From Alphaproteobacteria bacterium (GTDB lineage Bacteria; Pseudomonadota; Alphaproteobacteria; UBA7985): a stretch of 64,000 nucleotides of DNA. The stretch lies in the NCBI GenBank assembly GCA_965662775.1, contig CBFIIW010000003.1:16491-80490 (forward strand). Reading direction: 5' to 3'. A program made the position numbers and the translations under genes. The notes under the pieces are model-generated. The model was not told the origin of the DNA. It worked only from the letters and a program-made list of their open reading frames with translations, and made no database searches. Below, piece by piece: positions 47,082 to 57,612 of this stretch; within the stretch, counting starts at the first letter, position 1; each line of letters begins with the position of its first letter.

Positions 47082-48407
47082 TCAGGATGCGGCGGCGCGT
47101 ACGTCGAACTGTTCTTCTTCGGTGGAGCCGGTAAGCGCCGTTACAGAAGATGTCCCGCCCTGGATGGTGGTAGTGACATCATCGAAGTAGCCAGCGCCCA
47201 CTTCTTGCTGGTGAGAAACAAAGGTGTAACCTCGGTCCGCATCGGCGAATTCCTGCTCCTGCAACTCCACGTATGCCGACATACCGCGCGCAGCGTAGTC
47301 GTTGGCGAGCCTGAACATCGAATTCCACATGGCGTGAATCCCGGCCAGTGTGATGAACTGGTAGCGATAGCCCATAGCCGCCAGTTCAGTCTGGAACTTG
47401 GCGATGGTCGCGTCGTCCAGATTGCGCTTCCAATTGAATGACGGTGAGCAATTGTAGGACAAGAGCTGGTCCGGATATTCCTTCTTGATGGCTTCGGCGA
47501 AGCGGCGGGCTTCGTCGAGGTCGGGCGTCGCTGTCTCACACCAGATCAGGTCGGCGTACGGAGCGTAGGCCAGACCTCGGGCAATCGCCTGATCCAGACC
47601 GGGGTTGGTGACAAAGAAGCCTTCGGACGTGCGCTCGCCAGTGACGAAAGGCGCATCGTAGGGATCAACGTCGGAGGTGATCAGGTTGGCGGCATTCGCG
47701 TCGGTCCGCGCCAGGATGATCGTGTCCGTTCCCAGCACGTCGGAGGCAAGACGCGCTGAGACCAGCTTTTGCACGGCCTCCTGGGTTGGAACCAACACTT
47801 TACCACCCATGTGACCACACTTTTTCACTGAAGCGAGTTGGTCTTCGAAATGAACACCGGCCGCACCGGCGGAAATCAGGCCCTTAGCCAGCTCAAAGGC
47901 GTTAAGGACGCCGCCAAAACCAGCCTCTGCGTCGGCAACAATAGGAAGGAAGTAGTCAATACCGCCCTCGTCTTCCGGGCTGACGCCCTTGGCCCACTGG
48001 ATTTCATCAGCGCGGATGAAGGCGTTATTGATCCGCTCGACCACGGCTGGAACTGAGTTCACCGGATAAAGTGACTGATCCGGATACATGGTTGGAGCAG
48101 TGTTGGCGTCAGCAGCCACCTGCCAGCCTGAAAGGTAAATGGCTTCGATGCCGGCTTTAGCCTGTTGAACCGCCTGACCGCCAGTTAAGGCACCCAGACA
48201 GCGAACAGCCTGATCATCGCCTTCGCGATTGACCATGTCCCAGAGCTTCCTCGCACCATTGCGGGCCAAAGTGTTCTCACGCTGCATAGAGCCGCGCAAC
48301 CGCACAACGTCCTCGGCCGAGTAGCCGCGCTTGACGTTGGCCCAGCGTGTATTGCTGGCCCAGTCCTTCTGGAGGTCGAGGATCTGTTGCTTCCGATTGC
48401 TGGTCAT
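47082..48407 (-). CDS. aceA: isocitrate lyase
   Basis: ICL signature KKCGHMGGK. 441 aa. Confidence 0.95.
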   Translation of the reverse strand: MTSNRKQQILDLQKDWASNTRWANVKRGYSAEDVVRLRGSMQRENTLARNGARKLWDMVNREGDDQAVRCLGALTGGQAVQQAKAGIEAIYLSGWQVAADANTAPTMYPDQSLYPVNSVPAVVERINNAFIRADEIQWAKGVSPEDEGGIDYFLPIVADAEAGFGGVLNAFELAKGLISAGAAGVHFEDQLASVKKCGHMGGKVLVPTQEAVQKLVSARLASDVLGTDTIILARTDANAANLITSDVDPYDAPFVTGERTSEGFFVTNPGLDQAIARGLAYAPYADLIWCETATPDLDEARRFAEAIKKEYPDQLLSYNCSPSFNWKRNLDDATIAKFQTELAAMGYRYQFITLAGIHAMWNSMFRLANDYAARGMSAYVELQEQEFADADRGYTFVSHQQEVGAGYFDDVTTTIQGGTSSVTALTGSTEEEQFDVRAAAS

Positions 48408-48702
48408 GATGCGTTTCCTATGTCTTGCGTCATTGGTCGAGTTTTGCCGCTTGCGATACGGCTGAGCGAAAAAGAGATTGAGAGACGGATGGAGTAAGGG
48501 AGTGAGTTGTTGAGAAGGAGGAGGACAGAGAAAATGTCAGTCGGTTGGGTGTCGGTGTGAATTTGCAGCCGATGCATGAGCTGCGGCGTTTCAACGCAAT
48601 AGTGCCAAGACAGCGCGGGACCGTCCCCCGTGGTTGAGTCTGTTTGCAAAGATTTACAAACAAAAATGCTGAATACATGTTAATAATTTTCTGCTAAGGT
48701 CT

Positions 48703-50073
48703 GTGCCCATGGCAGCAGAACGCAAACTCTTCATTGGTCATAAGTTGCGCCGCCTCCGCCGCGAAGAGGGCGTAACCCAGGCTCAGATGGCGCATGACCT
48801 CGGTATTTCCGCCGCTTACCTGAACCTAATCGAGCACAACCAGCGCCCGATTACGGTTAACGTCCTGCTGCGCTTGGGCGATGCCTTTGGTGTCAATATT
48901 CAGGAATTCGCTCTCGACGACAGTGACGCTCAGTCTGGCCGACTGCGTGAGGTGTTATCTGATCCGCTGTTCGCCGAACTCGACCTGACGCGGCAGGATC
49001 TGCGCGAGGCCGTCGAACGCGTGCCGATGATTGCAGAGGCGCTGCAACTCCTCTACGCCCGGTATCAGTCTGGTGGTGTTGGGCAGACAGATTCAGCAGC
49101 GGCACTGTCAGGCGGCTTGCTCGTGCGCCCTACGGAAGTAGACGAATTGCTCGACGTGCTCGAAGACAGGCACAACCATTTTCCTCAGTTGGAGACGGCC
49201 GCCGAAGCACTTTCTACAGAGGCCGGCTTGCGTCAAACGCATCTGGAAGCTGACCTCAGTCGATATCTGGCCGAATCGCACGGGCACGTCGTCCGCTCTA
49301 TGCCAGCCGGTGTAATGGAAACCGCGGCCTTTCGGCACGATCTGCATGGCAAGCGGCTGATTTTCAATGAACTCGCCCCACCCGAAAGCCGGGTCTTTGC
49401 ACTCGGATTGACCGTGGCTGAGCTGGCGTTGCGCGATCAGATGCTGTCCCTAATCGACGGTATGGGTATCCGGCAGGCCGGTAGTGCTGCCATGATGCTG
49501 GCGGCGCTGAAGGGCTACTTTGCTGCTGCGGTGATGATGCCTTATGCGCGCTTTGCCGAGGCTGCGCTGGAAACCCGCCACGATCTGGATATTCTACAGG
49601 CCCGTTTTGGTACCAGCTTTGAGCAGGTGGCCCACCGGTTGACTTCGTTGCAACGACCTGGCGCGCGGGCCGTGCCCTTCTTCATGCTGCGCATGGACGC
49701 GGCCGGCAACGTGTCAAAGCGGTTCAGTGCAGGCGGGTTCCCGATCTCACGCTATGGGGGTGCGTGTCCGGCGTGGTCGGTGGTCAGTGCCGACCAGCAC
49801 CCCGGTAACCTTGGTGTGGATAAAGTGCAGATGCCCGATGGTGGCACGTTTCTGACGCTGGCCAAGTCCATCCGAAAGGGCCTGCCGCAGGCTGGTCGGG
49901 CGCAGCGTCGTCTGACGGTCGTACTTGGTTGTTCTTATGAATTCGCGGAGCACGTGGTCTACGCGGATGGTCTGGATGGTCGCGATCCGGCACCCATTGG
50001 CACGAACTGTCGCTTGTGCCCCCGGACGCGATGCGAGCACCGCGCTTTTCCGGCGTCCACAACCATCCGCTAG
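48703..50073 (+). CDS. XRE-family transcriptional regulator, RamB/ScfR-like (HTH + DUF955/ImmA-like + DUF2083)
   Basis: N-terminal HTH_XRE (LRRLRREEGVTQAQMAHDLGISAAYLNLIE) and a C-terminal Cys cluster CRLCPRTRCEHRAF. It is divergent from aceA, as in ramB-icl arrangements. Confidence 0.75.
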   Translation: MPMAAERKLFIGHKLRRLRREEGVTQAQMAHDLGISAAYLNLIEHNQRPITVNVLLRLGDAFGVNIQEFALDDSDAQSGRLREVLSDPLFAELDLTRQDLREAVERVPMIAEALQLLYARYQSGGVGQTDSAAALSGGLLVRPTEVDELLDVLEDRHNHFPQLETAAEALSTEAGLRQTHLEADLSRYLAESHGHVVRSMPAGVMETAAFRHDLHGKRLIFNELAPPESRVFALGLTVAELALRDQMLSLIDGMGIRQAGSAAMMLAALKGYFAAAVMMPYARFAEAALETRHDLDILQARFGTSFEQVAHRLTSLQRPGARAVPFFMLRMDAAGNVSKRFSAGGFPISRYGGACPAWSVVSADQHPGNLGVDKVQMPDGGTFLTLAKSIRKGLPQAGRAQRRLTVVLGCSYEFAEHVVYADGLDGRDPAPIGTNCRLCPRTRCEHRAFPASTTIR

Positions 50074-50308
50074 GGCCGTATTTTTACCATGCGACTGATT
50101 TATTTTTTTGCATGAATCAAATCAGCGTCGCGGCTAAAGCTGCCCAGTCGCTTTTGCAACAGATATGGAATGCGAAAGAAAGCATTGGGCGGGGCAGAAC
50201 TAACCCTGCGGCCCGGTCAATCCGTGCTTTCAATCAGGCGTGTTCTACGGTTCTCAACTGGCGTCCTGTTACCACCACCACAGGGGGCGCCTTACGGGAG
50301 TTGTGGTC

Positions 50309-51283
50309 ATGACAAGCACGGTCAGCGCCAATCGGCCGACCGCCCCTCTGCTAATGCTGCTTGGGGGCCTTTTCCTATTCTCTATTCAGGACGTCCTGGT
50401 CTCTGACCTGACGCAACGTTATCCAGTGCACGAGATTGTTTTCGTGCGCAGCCTCGTGAACATCTGGCCTCTGATCCTGCTCAGCTTTGCTTTTGATCAG
50501 GGCAAGAACATGCAGATTACAAAATTCTGGCAGCTGTTCCTGCGCGGGGGGCTGCTCTCGCTGTCCTACACCGCTTACTATCTGGCGCTGGCTGGGCTGG
50601 ATTTTGCGCAGGCGACCTCGTTGTATTTTACTGCACCACTGTTCATCACTTTCCTCAGCTGGGTCACAACTCGGGTGCCGATTGGCTGGCGCCGTCTGAC
50701 CGGGGTCATCATTGGGCTGGTTGGGGTGCTCTTTATCGTCAAACCAGGCGTGGGGGAGATTCCCCTATTGCCTGCGCTCATGGCGGTGGCCTCGGCGTTC
50801 TTCTATGCGCTGTCCGCGCTGATGACAAATTGGCTGGGCCGCACCGAGTCAACAACGGTACAGTCGGTCACATTCGTGATTATGAACTTGATTATCGGCG
50901 CGCTGTTCTGGGCTATTTTTGGAGAGGGCTGGGCAGTCGATCATGCGCCCGAAGGGCTGGAAGTTCTGCTCAAAGCGTGGGTCTGGCCGACCCGTACAGA
51001 CGTGCTGATTATGGTGGGTATCGGGCTGGGCTCCGCTATTGGCTTTATCATGCTGACGGCTGCCTACCGCAATCTTGAACCTTCGTTTGCCGCTCCGTTT
51101 GAATACTGCTTGCTGGGCTACAACCTTCTGTGGGGCTTGTTGCTGTTCCGGCAGGTGCCGGACGTCCTGACGCTAATCGGAATCGCCATTATCGTCAGTT
51201 CAGGTTTGTTCGTGCTTTACCGCGAGGGCGAGCGGCGGCAGTCGCTGGTCCAACGCCTGTTCCGTCCACGGCGGGTCAGATAA
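50309..51283 (+). CDS. EamA/DMT family transporter
   Basis: Ten predicted TM helices in a duplicated EamA pattern. Start at MTSTVSANRP. Confidence 0.75.
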   Translation: MTSTVSANRPTAPLLMLLGGLFLFSIQDVLVSDLTQRYPVHEIVFVRSLVNIWPLILLSFAFDQGKNMQITKFWQLFLRGGLLSLSYTAYYLALAGLDFAQATSLYFTAPLFITFLSWVTTRVPIGWRRLTGVIIGLVGVLFIVKPGVGEIPLLPALMAVASAFFYALSALMTNWLGRTESTTVQSVTFVIMNLIIGALFWAIFGEGWAVDHAPEGLEVLLKAWVWPTRTDVLIMVGIGLGSAIGFIMLTAAYRNLEPSFAAPFEYCLLGYNLLWGLLLFRQVPDVLTLIGIAIIVSSGLFVLYREGERRQSLVQRLFRPRRVR

Positions 51284-51349
51284 GCCCCCCCGGGTGCTTG
51301 GCAAGCATTGCCTCTCTGGCCTATCGCTAGAGGCGACGGAACGCGCGGG

Positions 51350-52225
51350 ATGGACCTGCCGTGTTCAAGGCGAAGGGGCCCAACCGTGTTTCTTGATATT
51401 CCGATTGCCGATGTCCTGTTCTTTGCTGCTGTTCTGACCGGCGGCGCTGTGGTCGCAGGCTTCATCGCGGGCTTGTTCGGTGTCGGGGGTGGTATTGTTA
51501 TGGTGCCGATCCTCACGGAGCTGTTTGGCCTTGGCTTGCGGGGGTCCGATCCGATACACGCACAGCACCTCGCTGTGGGGACTTCGTTGGCTATCATCAT
51601 CCCTACCTCGCTGGTTTCAGCGCAGACCCATTATCGCTCTGGCAAAATTGAGATGCGGTTGTTGCGTCAGTACCTGCCGTTTGTCGTCATCGGCGTGGTT
51701 GCTGGGCTCGGGCTGGCGCGTGTACTCGATGCCTCCGGGCTGATGCTGGTCTTTGGGGTGATAGCGTTGGTGGTAGGCTTGTATCAGTTTTTTGCGTCGC
51801 CCAATCTCACACTGCGATCAACACTGCCCGGTGCTCCAGTGCCACAGGCTGCGGGCCTGTTCATCGGCAGCACCTCGACGCTCATGGGTATTGGCGGTGG
51901 GGTCACAAACAACGTTTTCATGTCGCTCTGCGGTGTCGACATCAAGCGCGCGATTGCCACCTCGGCGGGGGTTGGTGTGATCATCTCGCTACCCGCAGCC
52001 TTGGGCTTCATGTCCATCGGATGGGGGCAGCCAGGTCTGCCTCCGTTGTCGTTGGGGTATGTGAACCTGATCGCCCTGGCGCTCATGATTCCCTTTACCA
52101 TCTATATGGCACCGATTGGCGCACGGCTGACTCACCGGCTGGACAGCCGTCTGACCAAGCGCCTGTTCAGCCTATTCCTCATTATTGTCGCGTTGCGTAC
52201 CTTCTGGAAGGTATTGTTCGCCTGA
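51350..52225 (+). CDS. TauE/SafE family sulfite/anion exporter (DUF81)
   Basis: Polytopic protein with GxxGxGGG motifs (GLFGVGGGIVMVP, MGIGGGVTNN). The start is uncertain (ATG 51350 or TTG 51308). Confidence 0.75.
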   Translation: MDLPCSRRRGPTVFLDIPIADVLFFAAVLTGGAVVAGFIAGLFGVGGGIVMVPILTELFGLGLRGSDPIHAQHLAVGTSLAIIIPTSLVSAQTHYRSGKIEMRLLRQYLPFVVIGVVAGLGLARVLDASGLMLVFGVIALVVGLYQFFASPNLTLRSTLPGAPVPQAAGLFIGSTSTLMGIGGGVTNNVFMSLCGVDIKRAIATSAGVGVIISLPAALGFMSIGWGQPGLPPLSLGYVNLIALALMIPFTIYMAPIGARLTHRLDSRLTKRLFSLFLIIVALRTFWKVLFA

Positions 52226-52313
52226 GCCGACACATGGCGGCTGACCGGCCCTCAGACTTGCCATTTTGTGGGAAAATCTGCGAATATCGCGAGCAAAATC
52301 AGAAGGGATTGGG

Positions 52314-52775
52314 ATGACAGCCGAACTTGACAGTATAGATCGCTCGATTTTGACGGCGTTGCAGCGGGATAGTCGCCTGTCGATGGCAGAACTGGGGGAG
52401 CGTGTTGGCCTCTCGTCCTCGGCCTGTCACCGCCGCGTGTTGCAGCTGCAGAAAGCAGGGGTGATCGAAGGCTATGCGGCTCGCCTCAGCCCGAAGTCAC
52501 TGGGCCTTGATCTGCACTTCATCGTCGATGTGTCGCTGGTGTCGCAGGCAGAAGAAGATCTTGAAGCTTTCGAACGTGCCGCCCGTGATAATTCTTCTGT
52601 GCTGGAATGTTACCTCATGGCCGGTCGTGCCGACTATTCATTGCGGGTTTCAGCACGGGACACCGGGCACTATGAGGAAGTTCACCGCCAAATCGCTCAT
52701 ATGCCGGGCGTGACGCAGATCGAGTCAAAACTGATCCTGCGGGAAGTTAAAAAGTGGATGGGCTACAAGGTCTGA
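52314..52775 (+). CDS. Lrp/AsnC family transcriptional regulator
   Basis: N-terminal HTH (LDSIDRSILTALQRDSRLSMAELGERVGLSSSACHRRVLQL) and a C-terminal RAM domain. Confidence 0.85.
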   Translation: MTAELDSIDRSILTALQRDSRLSMAELGERVGLSSSACHRRVLQLQKAGVIEGYAARLSPKSLGLDLHFIVDVSLVSQAEEDLEAFERAARDNSSVLECYLMAGRADYSLRVSARDTGHYEEVHRQIAHMPGVTQIESKLILREVKKWMGYKV

Positions 52776-52826
52776 TCGTCGGAACGAACTGACCCTGCAG
52801 CCCAGATTTTCCCACACGACACCCGC

Positions 52827-55475
52827 TTAGAGCGAGGTGTGGTCGTAGAAGATGATTGACCCGTTCCAGGTCTGGGTCATCTCATCTTCTCCGATGAAGT
52901 AGGTCGACGTACCGGCCTCGGAGATACCGACGAGGAGCTCGTCGGCGCCGATGTTGCCATCTTCACGGGATGATTCCTCAATGGAGCCAGGAATTACCAG
53001 CAGTTCGGTTGCCCCTGGCACCGGTTCAGTGGTGTACAGCTGCGTCAGAACTTGTGGGTTGGTCGGATCAACGTCGAAGAACCGGATGATCGGTGTCTGG
53101 TCGAGCACGTCCAAAACAGCGAGTTCAAGATCGTCGTCGCCGTCAAAGTTACCCGCTGCAATCTGGCTGGCTTTGATGTCAGTTGTATGGAGCCCATCGT
53201 TAGAGATCGAACCCGCTTCGGGTGTGTCCATGTGCGTGTGGAAGGCTTTGTTGTAGTAAATGCCTTCGTCCGTTGCCGTGAACACCACGTTGTTGATGAC
53301 AGCGACATCGTTGTGTTTGATGCCGCTCCCTGCGCTGACCACGCCTTTGCTGGGGTCTGAAATGGACGCCATGCCGATTCCGGTGCCGTCGCTGGTCCCA
53401 TAGGTGCCGATTGAGTATTCGACATCATTGAGAACCATGCTTTCTACTTCATCGAAGTGCCAGTTGCCCTGCAACTGCGTACCCTCGATCTCGTACTGAT
53501 TGTCGATGAACGCAACGGTGTAGAGCGCGTCTTCTGAGGCAACGTTGTCTGTGCCGCCGCCAATCACCATGATCTTTTTCATGTTCGTGACTGAGGTTTC
53601 CTGGCCCGTCGATGCCTTGTTGAAGTGCCCGATGATGACATCACGGACGGAAGCATGCTCGGAGTCCTTATCGGCGGTTTGGAAACTGAAGACGCCCGTG
53701 CTTCCAGCTTCCCAGATCTGAACGACCGAATCCTCGCCACTGGTTCCACCGCGGCCGGCGACGGCAACATCAAGGAATCCGTCACCGTCGATATCATCCA
53801 TGTCGATCGCGATCACTTCATGGATGTGGTACTTTTCATCGATCACGGTTGAGTTGTTGACCGAGTAGTTTTTGGTTCCAGAAAAACCGCCTTCACCATT
53901 GATATTGTGCACCGAGAACATCGACGGATCTTCACTGTGGATTGACGCAATCAGGTGATCGCCACTGCCACTACGCGCGTATTCGGCTTCGTCCATAAAC
54001 GGCAGCCAGTCTGTACTGTCCGCAGCCCCGGACTGGGTGCTATTCTGGCCGTTGTAGCTCAGGCGTGTGACATCGGCCTCACGCACGTACTGCAGCGGCG
54101 TATCATCGTCTGTTGAGTTCGCAATGCTGAACCCGAAGGTCCGAAATTCTGTATGTTCAGAGCCGTCTGAGACCTCGATCACGACCGTTGCGGTGTTGTG
54201 GTCGAACAGTGTGCCGTCTGCATCATTGCCGGGCTGACTGTAGTCCAAGCGTTCCGTCAGGATCAGCTGGTTTTCGTCATTGATGGCAAAGATCTTGGTA
54301 TCGGTCGAACCCAGCTTCTGGCTGTCGATACGATATTGAAGCTCATCGCCTTCAGGGTCGTCGGCCGATAGCGTGCCGACGATGGTATCCTGCTCGACCA
54401 GACTGTAGCTGCCGGTGCTGTTAAAGAACTCTGAGAACTTGAGTGCCGACGGTCCTTCGTTCTCAGGGTCTTTGTTGGTGACTTCGAATTCAGGATCGAT
54501 TCCGTCTTCAATCTCTTCCTCATCTTCCGGCTCGTTCGCGGCTGCGACCTGATCGTTATCGCCGGAGACATCGTCCGAATCTCCCTCGCTGACGCTGCTG
54601 TCGCCCGCGCCATCTGAATTGCCGTCGCCTTCTCCGTCCTCGCCGGTTTCATCATCGTGGTTGCTGCGGTCGAAGGGGTTGGGAAGATTGCCAGTGAGTG
54701 CAGCGGCCCCAAGTCCGAGTGCACCGACGCCGGCGACGCCAGCTGCGAGAGGGCCCCAAGCTGCCAGACCACCGCCCGAAACACTGGACAGGATCGACGT
54801 GGTCTCGGTCACCATGCCGAGGTCACCAGCGATGGTCGAGGCCAGCCAAACGTCTCCGCCGTTGAAGGCATAATCACCCGCACCGGCAGTCATCATCTCG
54901 CCGTCTTTCAAGGTCAGCGCGAGACTACCGCCATTGAGCTTTTCCGTGCCTAGCACGTCTGACTGGACGTTGCGGAAGTTCTTGGTGGTGACGGTGGTTT
55001 CAGCATTGTTAAGCTGCGCCGTCTCGTTCGGATTCAGCAGTGTCACCTGCGTTGTCCGGACTTCTGACGTTGGCACGAATACGGGGGAAGTCGAGGCCGT
55101 CTCTACGCCACCAAGCTCAACACCGTTATAGCTGTTCCAGCCTTGAACTTGCTGATCCGTCGGGTACACACTGAGCACGCCCGGTGCAGCGCTGCCACGG
55201 GAAGACGCCAGGCCGTCGGTCAAACCATCGATGGTTGAGGTTTCTTCCCCAAAATTTGGGTGCTGATGCGGGACTAATTCACCCGCGTCCGTCATGGTTC
55301 CACCAAAAAACGGACCTGCTGCGGTGCCATCGGCCGATTTAGCCACGAAGACAGAATGGGCCATCGCCTCTCCAGCCAGCAGCGCACTGCCGGCAACACC
55401 AAAGAAGAGACCCTTGCGTGCAAAGGAAGGACGGGCAGAGCCAATAGCTCTCTTGGTCTGAAAAATCGTATTCAT
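52827..55475 (-). CDS. large secreted surface protein with a cadherin-like repeat and FG-GAP/VCBS-type repeats
   Basis: Signal peptide. Acidic Asp/Glu/Gly/Ser linker (DDETGEDGEGDGNSDGAGDSSVSEGDSDD...). Cadherin-like repeat (YSLVEQDTIVGTLSADDPEGDELQYRI...FAINDENQLILTERLDYSQPG...TATVVIEVSDGS). FG-GAP-like Ca-binding loops (DMDDIDGDGFLDVAVAG, GNFDGDDDLELAVLD). Confidence 0.7.
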   Translation of the reverse strand: MNTIFQTKRAIGSARPSFARKGLFFGVAGSALLAGEAMAHSVFVAKSADGTAAGPFFGGTMTDAGELVPHQHPNFGEETSTIDGLTDGLASSRGSAAPGVLSVYPTDQQVQGWNSYNGVELGGVETASTSPVFVPTSEVRTTQVTLLNPNETAQLNNAETTVTTKNFRNVQSDVLGTEKLNGGSLALTLKDGEMMTAGAGDYAFNGGDVWLASTIAGDLGMVTETTSILSSVSGGGLAAWGPLAAGVAGVGALGLGAAALTGNLPNPFDRSNHDDETGEDGEGDGNSDGAGDSSVSEGDSDDVSGDNDQVAAANEPEDEEEIEDGIDPEFEVTNKDPENEGPSALKFSEFFNSTGSYSLVEQDTIVGTLSADDPEGDELQYRIDSQKLGSTDTKIFAINDENQLILTERLDYSQPGNDADGTLFDHNTATVVIEVSDGSEHTEFRTFGFSIANSTDDDTPLQYVREADVTRLSYNGQNSTQSGAADSTDWLPFMDEAEYARSGSGDHLIASIHSEDPSMFSVHNINGEGGFSGTKNYSVNNSTVIDEKYHIHEVIAIDMDDIDGDGFLDVAVAGRGGTSGEDSVVQIWEAGSTGVFSFQTADKDSEHASVRDVIIGHFNKASTGQETSVTNMKKIMVIGGGTDNVASEDALYTVAFIDNQYEIEGTQLQGNWHFDEVESMVLNDVEYSIGTYGTSDGTGIGMASISDPSKGVVSAGSGIKHNDVAVINNVVFTATDEGIYYNKAFHTHMDTPEAGSISNDGLHTTDIKASQIAAGNFDGDDDLELAVLDVLDQTPIIRFFDVDPTNPQVLTQLYTTEPVPGATELLVIPGSIEESSREDGNIGADELLVGISEAGTSTYFIGEDEMTQTWNGSIIFYDHTSL

Positions 55476-55866
55476 TTTCTCGTATCCAGAGAGACCTGAA
55501 CCACGATCGGATGAAGTTCCCCGAAAATTGGAAAACCAGCCCGTCCGATCCTGTCACAAGTCATTGAAAAAACTCGTATAACGACAAGGCGCAATAAAAT
55601 CCTAGACGGTGTAGAGCAAATTTTAAACAGATACAAGAGAAAAGTGCGCTAAAGGTCTGAAAAAGGCCGTAAAAATTTTTAACGACTCATCCGAGCCTCA
55701 CGCTAGACCAGTGTGCAGGACAGACTCTTTCTGCGACTGAGCGTTACCAGAAGGCGATTTCGTTTCATTGGAAATGAGGCGGGGTCGATAATCAGCATTG
55801 GAAACATCCGCGCCTCTTTGCGTTGGGGCGTCAGTCTCAACCTAGCGTCGGTTTGTTTGTTGCTGG

Positions 55867-57411
55867 CTAGCGGTTTGCCGGAACCCAGACACGGTTTTCA
55901 CCTCGGCCGATCCAGCCTCCAGCCTCGGGTGGTAAGCGGGTCTCTGTCCGCGTGACCGTCGTTGTGGTGTAGGTTGACGTAGTTGTTGGAACTTCGACGA
56001 CCGCCTCCTGCGCGCCCACACCAACGATGCTGCCCGTAGCTGCCGTTACGTTGCGTTGATATAATCCGGCTGGCGCATCTTCGATCAGTTCCAGACCGAC
56101 ACTGCTGATCCTCTTTATCGCCATACCGCGCTCAACCCGCTTGTCAGCCCGGAGAGCAAAGGGGCCGTCGATCCCCGCGAAACCCTGCGGTCGCTCAAGT
56201 TCATTAGCGAGGAAACGGGTCATAGGCATACGGCCCGCGATATTCAGTGCCATAGCCATGCCGTCATATGACAAAGATGACAGCGGGTGTGGATCACTGG
56301 AGTAGGCCGCCTGATAATTCTGCTGGAAGTCGGCGAATTTCGCCTCGGCTGGGGATGCGTAGATCGCTCCGACCAGTGCCTGTTCTGAAATCAAGGCATT
56401 GGCCTGTTGGTCCCAGATTGGAACACCGAGGAAACGCACACGGCGCGGATCAACACCGTAGAAGTAGAGCAGCGAAGCCATATCACCGGCTTCTTGCGTG
56501 TCGGGCAGGTAGATCGCATCGAAAAGGTCCGCCTGCATCCCGACCTGCTGCGCGACGGCCGTGCGGCCCGGGCGGTCTTCAGCATCGGCCGGATACGTCT
56601 CAGTCAGCGCGATGTTCGTGCCGAGAAAACGTGCGAGACCATTGGCCGCGTCCGCCGCCGCAAGACCGTAGGTATCAGCTGGTGCAACAACGGCGACACG
56701 GCGATGCCCCTGCTGTGCGGCATAGCTAAGGACGCGTTTGGTCACAGCCTCTGGCGTGATACCCATGACATACGCGTTATCGCTGACCCGCGTGATGTCA
56801 TTGCTAAAGCTAACAACGTTGACGCCTCGGCTGGCTGCAACCTGTGCCACGGTCGGCAGGGCATCGCCTCGGAGTGGCCCAAGGATTAAAGTCGCACCTT
56901 CGGCCACAGCCTGCTGCGCGGCAGTTAAAGCGCCAAGGTTGGTCGACTGCGTATCATAAAGTCGAGCTTCGAACGTACCCGGAACGCCTACGTCCTTGAT
57001 GGCCAGATCCACGCCATTTTTCATAGCCTCGCCAATAGCTGACAGGCTGCCTGTCATGGGAAGCAGCAGCGCAATGCGCGGTGTCGAGTTCTGCGCAACC
57101 TGTTGCACGCTCGCAGGTGCCTGTGACTGATTGGGGTCGACGAGAACCCCGTCTGGGGTCAAGACACGCAGCCCAGCCGGCGTCATAACCGAGCGGAATT
57201 CCGACTGCTCTTCAACCAACGCGACGCGCTCTTGCGCGTCATTGGCCACGTAGGACGTCGTCACGCAACCGGTCAGGATGAGCCCAGCAAACAGGGTCGC
57301 ACCGGCTGCCATTGCATATCGACACTGCTTGAAGTGGTCTTCTAACCTATGCGCCAAGACGCCATTCATCACACTGTACTCGTCGTTCCTCATTGTGGTT
57401 GTCTCGTCCAC
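55867..57411 (-). CDS. lipoprotein with a periplasmic-binding-protein type I domain (LpoA/LppC-like penicillin-binding protein activator family)
   Basis: Lipobox LILTGC. Peripla_BP_6/LppC-like core (PRIALLLPMTGSLSAIGEAMKNGVDLA...ILGPLRGD). Thr-rich C-terminal tail. The start codon is uncertain among several in-frame Met. Confidence 0.55.
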   Translation of the reverse strand: MDETTTMRNDEYSVMNGVLAHRLEDHFKQCRYAMAAGATLFAGLILTGCVTTSYVANDAQERVALVEEQSEFRSVMTPAGLRVLTPDGVLVDPNQSQAPASVQQVAQNSTPRIALLLPMTGSLSAIGEAMKNGVDLAIKDVGVPGTFEARLYDTQSTNLGALTAAQQAVAEGATLILGPLRGDALPTVAQVAASRGVNVVSFSNDITRVSDNAYVMGITPEAVTKRVLSYAAQQGHRRVAVVAPADTYGLAAADAANGLARFLGTNIALTETYPADAEDRPGRTAVAQQVGMQADLFDAIYLPDTQEAGDMASLLYFYGVDPRRVRFLGVPIWDQQANALISEQALVGAIYASPAEAKFADFQQNYQAAYSSDPHPLSSLSYDGMAMALNIAGRMPMTRFLANELERPQGFAGIDGPFALRADKRVERGMAIKRISSVGLELIEDAPAGLYQRNVTAATGSIVGVGAQEAVVEVPTTTSTYTTTTVTRTETRLPPEAGGWIGRGENRVWVPANR

Positions 57412-57612
57412 CGCAACCCTGCGCTGACATTGGACGCCGATCCAAAAACGATAACATGAGGCTGAAACTTCGCCTTATGCCGCACTCTAATCGCTTACGC
57501 GGCGATAGGGAACACTGTTCACAACCGGCTAATTGATTATACGACTTCATGATAGATCTTGAAAACCATCTACCCACATACGTGTGAAAAAAGCGCCTTA
57601 GGAGAGCAGAAT

